Of a stretch of 20,000 nucleotides of DNA, positions 16,150-20,000 are shown one piece after another. The position numbers and the translations under genes were made by a program. The DNA comes from an uncultured virus (IMG/VR IMGVR_UViG_3300028800_000095) (Duplodnaviria > Heunggongvirae > Uroviricota > Caudoviricetes), in IMG/VR virus record IMGVR_UViG_3300028800_000095, one strand, 5' to 3'. The number at the start of each line of letters is the position of its first letter. Position 1 is the first letter of the stretch. The notes beneath the pieces are model-generated. The model made no database searches. It was not told where the DNA came from and saw nothing but the letters and a program-made list of their open reading frames with translations.

Positions 16150-16719
16150 GTGGAAAGATCGGTTCGGTATATCAGGGTAGACGGGATGAAACCCGCCTTA
16201 TGTTTTAGAGGCAAGAAACATGCCTATGCGATTATCAACGACGAGCCCTGTGTCAGGGCCGTCGAGGTAGATCTAAAGACCCACGACCTAGCCGGGGTTG
16301 TTGGCAAGGGATTCTTCCCCTACCCGCATGGGGAGTTTACCGAGAGGATGCAGGCCGTAGGCACCCGTAAGGGCATTACCCTACGCGCCCTGGCGCTCCT
16401 AGCCGTCCCGGAAGGTGCGGAGGACCCCGAGACCCTACCCCCCGACGAGATCGCCGCTCCGGAGCCCGCAGAGCGTCCTAGCCCCCCTCCGAAACCCCCG
16501 GCAAGCGAACGGAGAGCCCCAAAGCGGGCCGAACGGCAGGTAACCCCTAGCCCGACCCCTAAACGGGGTGTTGGCGAACGGGGGAGCCTTATTGCAAAGC
16601 TTGCGGCCGAGCTAAATATTGCACCGCAGCAATTACGCTTAAGCTTACGGATGGCAGGCCTCCGAGCCCCCTACGACGACGAGGTTAAGATCCGCGCCGT
16701 GATTAAAGGAAAGAAGTAA
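16150..16719 (+). CDS. hypothetical protein with Pro-rich linker and C-terminal HTH-like motif
   Basis: Long ORF; IAKLAAELNIAPQQLRLSLR resembles a segment of 14345..14698. Confidence 0.65.
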   Translation: MERSVRYIRVDGMKPALCFRGKKHAYAIINDEPCVRAVEVDLKTHDLAGVVGKGFFPYPHGEFTERMQAVGTRKGITLRALALLAVPEGAEDPETLPPDEIAAPEPAERPSPPPKPPASERRAPKRAERQVTPSPTPKRGVGERGSLIAKLAAELNIAPQQLRLSLRMAGLRAPYDDEVKIRAVIKGKK

Positions 16720-16940
16720 TGCCCCACCATATCAGAGCCGTGTTCGTTCCTTTCGAGATCGGGGCTGACGGACTGGCGAAGAAGCGGGATGACTTACCCC
16801 GCTTTGCCGAGGACGAGATCGAGGCGATCAAGGACTATATCCAAAGCCACCCGAGACTCGGGAGATCCAAACTAGAGTGGCGTCTGCACTCCGAGAAGGA
16901 TCTGATAGCCGAGTACGTAGCCGGAGTAGGGGCTACCTAA
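16719..16940 (+). CDS. hypothetical protein
   Basis: TAATG coupling to the previous gene; last plus-strand gene before the convergence point. Confidence 0.6.
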   Translation: MPHHIRAVFVPFEIGADGLAKKRDDLPRFAEDEIEAIKDYIQSHPRLGRSKLEWRLHSEKDLIAEYVAGVGAT

Positions 16941-17827
16941 TCCTCACTTCCCAGGTCTTCCTCTAACCGTTCAGAAAGCCAGTCGGATAAACCGCCCGTC
17001 TTATCATGCTGTTTTAGTAACTTGTTCACCACGGTGGGGCCGTTTGCATCAAAGTGCTGTTGATAGAGATCATCTGGGTGAACTCCCAGTTGATTCGCCT
17101 TCTCTTCTACAGCGGAGAGAAAGTTCTGAGCCTTCCCTGTAAGCTTTGGATTCCAGCTAGGCAGCTCATCTTGCAGTCTCTGATGAGGAGAGAAACCCAG
17201 AGCCTCTTCGGTCCTCGATATGGTTGATTTAACCGTTGGTGCTATATCCGCTATATCATTAGGGTGCATCTTAGGAATCATGCTCGTCGCCTGCGTTAAG
17301 GGTGACGCTGCCTTCTGCGCTACGGGTGCGGCCTCCTGCATCGTATGAGTCGCAAGCTTCGCAGCGGGTGCGGCGGCAGCACTAGCCGCAAGCAATTTTA
17401 GCAGGGTACGCCGTCCGGCATCTACCACCCCGCCACCGCCTGCTAGTTTCTGTTTCGGCATTCCATGGCCTGCGAGGCTTTGGCCTAAGTGCGGGAGCTT
17501 GATCGCAGCCCCCCCGATCTTCTGGTCTATGTTACGCATCGTATCCTGGATAGGAATGCGAGGAGCGTGGAAGTGCATCATCCCGCCGAAGGCACTGTTG
17601 CCTCCTAGGTGCTGAACTCCCATCGGATTCCCGAAACCCCCTCCATGCCCTATGACGCTAGAGAGCGGGGAGACCGGGCCGCCGGTAGCGTGCTCCCACT
17701 TACCAACCTGCTTATCCGCTTCATGGAAGTCGTGAGCGACCTTCTTCGACGGATGTTTCCCTGGGGGATTCCACCCGTGGTCGATAGCCGACATGTAATG
17801 AGCCTGCTTTTTACTACTGGATGGCAC
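16937..17827 (-). CDS. Gly/Ala-rich putative virion-associated protein
   Basis: N-terminal MPSSSKKQAHYM, AxGGxV motifs, internal RRTLLK plus hydrophobic stretch; end of the minus-strand block. Confidence 0.6.
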   Translation of the reverse strand: MPSSSKKQAHYMSAIDHGWNPPGKHPSKKVAHDFHEADKQVGKWEHATGGPVSPLSSVIGHGGGFGNPMGVQHLGGNSAFGGMMHFHAPRIPIQDTMRNIDQKIGGAAIKLPHLGQSLAGHGMPKQKLAGGGGVVDAGRRTLLKLLAASAAAAPAAKLATHTMQEAAPVAQKAASPLTQATSMIPKMHPNDIADIAPTVKSTISRTEEALGFSPHQRLQDELPSWNPKLTGKAQNFLSAVEEKANQLGVHPDDLYQQHFDANGPTVVNKLLKQHDKTGGLSDWLSERLEEDLGSED

Positions 17828-18608
17828 CGGTGGTACTCCCCTTTGGTAGGGCGTTGATGATCTTATCGGAAGCGGTATTAGCCCCTCCGAGGATCGCGGA
17901 ATCGGTTAGGAGTCGGGTTGCCGTTGCCGGGCGAAGAGCCCCGGTAAGTTCCATAAGACGTTTAGCCAAGGACGCCTTCTGTCCGGCTGCTCCCATCGGA
18001 ATCGGAGAGGAGAGTTGACCTACCGCATCGAGGAGGTGGTCTGGCAGGCCGTGAGCTTCCCCGACCCCCGTTTGTTGGACTACTCTCCTGTTTAACTCCG
18101 CGAGCCGCCCGGCTGCATCGGTCGAGAACTTAGGAGCCCACTTCCCGAGCATCGATGGGGCCGCTAGGATCTCGTCCATAAATTTCGGATTGCCCTTTGT
18201 CAAGCTGGTTGACCCGTCCGGGTTCTTTAGGAAATGAGAGGACCCTAGGAACTGCGGGTTACCCTCCTCGTCAAGCCCGTAGAATTGGGAAGCAACCCCC
18301 GTCGCTAATCGAGCACGAGCCTCCGCCCCACCAGCGGGTCCTAGCTCCGCTGCGACATCCGAGATCTTACGCAGCGAAGAGTCTTGGTCTACGTCGCTCG
18401 TATCTACCTGCCCACCTTCGGCAAAGGACGGTGGGGGATTGTTAAGCGCGTAGCTCGGAGGCATGTACCCGAGACGCATCATCGCAGAGTTAACCAACCA
18501 GTTAAGACCCGCGTTAGCGCCTGCATCCCCCGGGGTCGCCGCAGCGATAGCGGATAACTCCGCCGCATACGGATCACCTTCCGGGGTTTTCTCTGTTGGG
18601 TTTGCCAT
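17814..18608 (-). CDS. putative virion/ejection protein
   Basis: ATG 18608 follows GGAG and the upstream stop (18613-18615); Ala/Gly-rich; FAEGGQV motif. Confidence 0.55.
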   Translation of the reverse strand: MANPTEKTPEGDPYAAELSAIAAATPGDAGANAGLNWLVNSAMMRLGYMPPSYALNNPPPSFAEGGQVDTSDVDQDSSLRKISDVAAELGPAGGAEARARLATGVASQFYGLDEEGNPQFLGSSHFLKNPDGSTSLTKGNPKFMDEILAAPSMLGKWAPKFSTDAAGRLAELNRRVVQQTGVGEAHGLPDHLLDAVGQLSSPIPMGAAGQKASLAKRLMELTGALRPATATRLLTDSAILGGANTASDKIINALPKGSTTGAIQ

Positions 18609-18612
18609 CGCC

Positions 18613-20000
18613 TTACTCCGTTGGCTGCTTCGAGATCGCCTGCGGTAGGACAGCACCGGCTGCCCCGCCACCGAGAACGGTCGCTGCAGTCCCGGCTCCC
18701 GCCCCTAGCTGCTTCGCTCGTTGCACACGAGCCGCTACGTCAGCGAGTCTAGCGAGTTGGTCTCCCCCGGCTTGACCGGATTGACTCATGATACTAGAGA
18801 CCCCGCCCATATTAGGAGCAGCCGCCTTGGCTGCTAACCGTAGGGCTGTTAACTTAGGATGAACTACCGCATCCGCTATCGAGCTGATCGGACCTGCGCT
18901 AGGAGCGACGGCGGTGGCCGGTCCCTTCTTCGCGGCAGTAGTCATTACCTTCGTATGGTCGTACATCTGCGCTTCCCGTTGCAGGGTGCCGATAAAGTCA
19001 GCGGCGTCCTTCGGGTTATCGAACAGAGCCCCGAGCTTCGCCTGCATGTCAGGGGTACCGATAAGCTTATACCCGGTGTTTACCTTCCCTGGGGTTTTAC
19101 CGATCTCTCGAAAGAGCCCCTCAGCAACGCCGGAGCGGAAGGCGTCCTTAGAGGAGAAGTCCATATTCGTCATCGCCGCTTCCACGTCGTGGGGTGTCAT
19201 TTTCGGGAACTCGTCTAAGCCAGAATGCAGGGCATCGACCACGGCATGATCGCTTTGAAATTGCTTGCGCGCTTCGGCATAGGGAGAGACGCCGTTAGGG
19301 CCAGCGGTCTTCTGGTCGATCTCGTCTACCATGCGATCACGCATCCCGCCGATAATCCGCGCTTGGTTCTTATTCCCCGTCGCAGCCGCTCCCGCTACTT
19401 GATCGTCTAGCGCTCGCTTGACATAGTCGAAGTACTGGAGGGAGGGATTCATTACCATGCCTTGGGGGTTAACCGGGCCGATAGGAACGCCGTCGGCTTT
19501 CATATCTTTCACAGCCCGTTTCGAGGCAGCTACGCCATACGGATTGTTAAGCACGTTAGAGAGCTGGTCCGACTGAATTGATGGGAAGGCTGCGTAGGCC
19601 TTATCGTAGAGAGGCTTGGCATTAGCTTTCATCGTAGCGACGAGTTTCTGCTCCTCATCCGTGTAGGGGCTAGGAGCGAGACCCTGGTTAACCGCCTCGG
19701 TGATTCGCTGTGGAGCCCCGGCCTGTCTCTGTTGAAGTTGCTGTGCGTAGGCCTGCGATTCCGGCGCTGGGGCTGCAATCGCCTGTTTAGCTAACGCCTG
19801 ACCCTGCGGGCCTAGCACATCCCCGACTGTCTGCGGATTCGGGTTTGGCCCCCTTGCTCCTGATCGCAGTTCCGTAGCGAGGGCCTTTAACCGGGAGGAC
19901 GCGGCTTGGGCGTTCCCCGCATCCGCAAGAACAGAAGAGGCGACAGCTCTCTCCGGAGAGGTAGTCTGCATCATCGTCTTAATCGCAGGCAGAACCCGAG
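18613..20000 (-). CDS. large Ala/Gln-rich helical protein, probable DNA ejection/internal virion protein (probably 5'-truncated by the window)
   Basis: At least 453 aa; AKPLYDKAY, FDYVKRALDD and YAEARKQF segments resemble phage internal virion proteins; terminal GAAGA hydrophobic stretch. Confidence 0.55.
   Translation of the reverse strand, partial: RVLPAIKTMMQTTSPERAVASSVLADAGNAQAASSRLKALATELRSGARGPNPNPQTVGDVLGPQGQALAKQAIAAPAPESQAYAQQLQQRQAGAPQRITEAVNQGLAPSPYTDEEQKLVATMKANAKPLYDKAYAAFPSIQSDQLSNVLNNPYGVAASKRAVKDMKADGVPIGPVNPQGMVMNPSLQYFDYVKRALDDQVAGAAATGNKNQARIIGGMRDRMVDEIDQKTAGPNGVSPYAEARKQFQSDHAVVDALHSGLDEFPKMTPHDVEAAMTNMDFSSKDAFRSGVAEGLFREIGKTPGKVNTGYKLIGTPDMQAKLGALFDNPKDAADFIGTLQREAQMYDHTKVMTTAAKKGPATAVAPSAGPISSIADAVVHPKLTALRLAAKAAAPNMGGVSSIMSQSGQAGGDQLARLADVAARVQRAKQLGAGAGTAATVLGGGAAGAVLPQAISKQPTE

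Noticed and set aside
18609..18671. N-terminal extension of 17814..18671
   Set aside because: It overlaps the upstream gene; ATG 18608 has an RBS and follows the upstream stop.

Overview
A gene-dense 20 kb segment of a tailed dsDNA phage or prophage-like element; the host cannot be determined from the sequence. Left to right: a small ORF and a J-domain (DnaJ-like) gene; an inverted primase-polymerase/P-loop gene; a translationally coupled nucleotide-metabolism operon (dNMP kinase, all-alpha NTP pyrophosphatase, three thymidylate-synthase-fold ORFs, an NDT-fold ORF, dCMP deaminase); a family A DNA polymerase with an N-terminal degenerate family-4 UDG domain; a Cas4/RecB-like nuclease, Sak4-like ATPase and SSB; an SF2 helicase; small regulators; a VRR-NUC-like nuclease; and the convergent end of a minus-strand block of probable virion/ejection proteins. 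The main finding is a candidate undescribed pyrimidine (probably cytosine) DNA-modification pathway. All three TS-fold proteins have Asp where dUMP-specific TS has Asn, two of them are highly divergent paralogs, and the adjacent polymerase UDG domain has lost its catalytic residues. All calls come from recognising motifs by eye; no searches were run.
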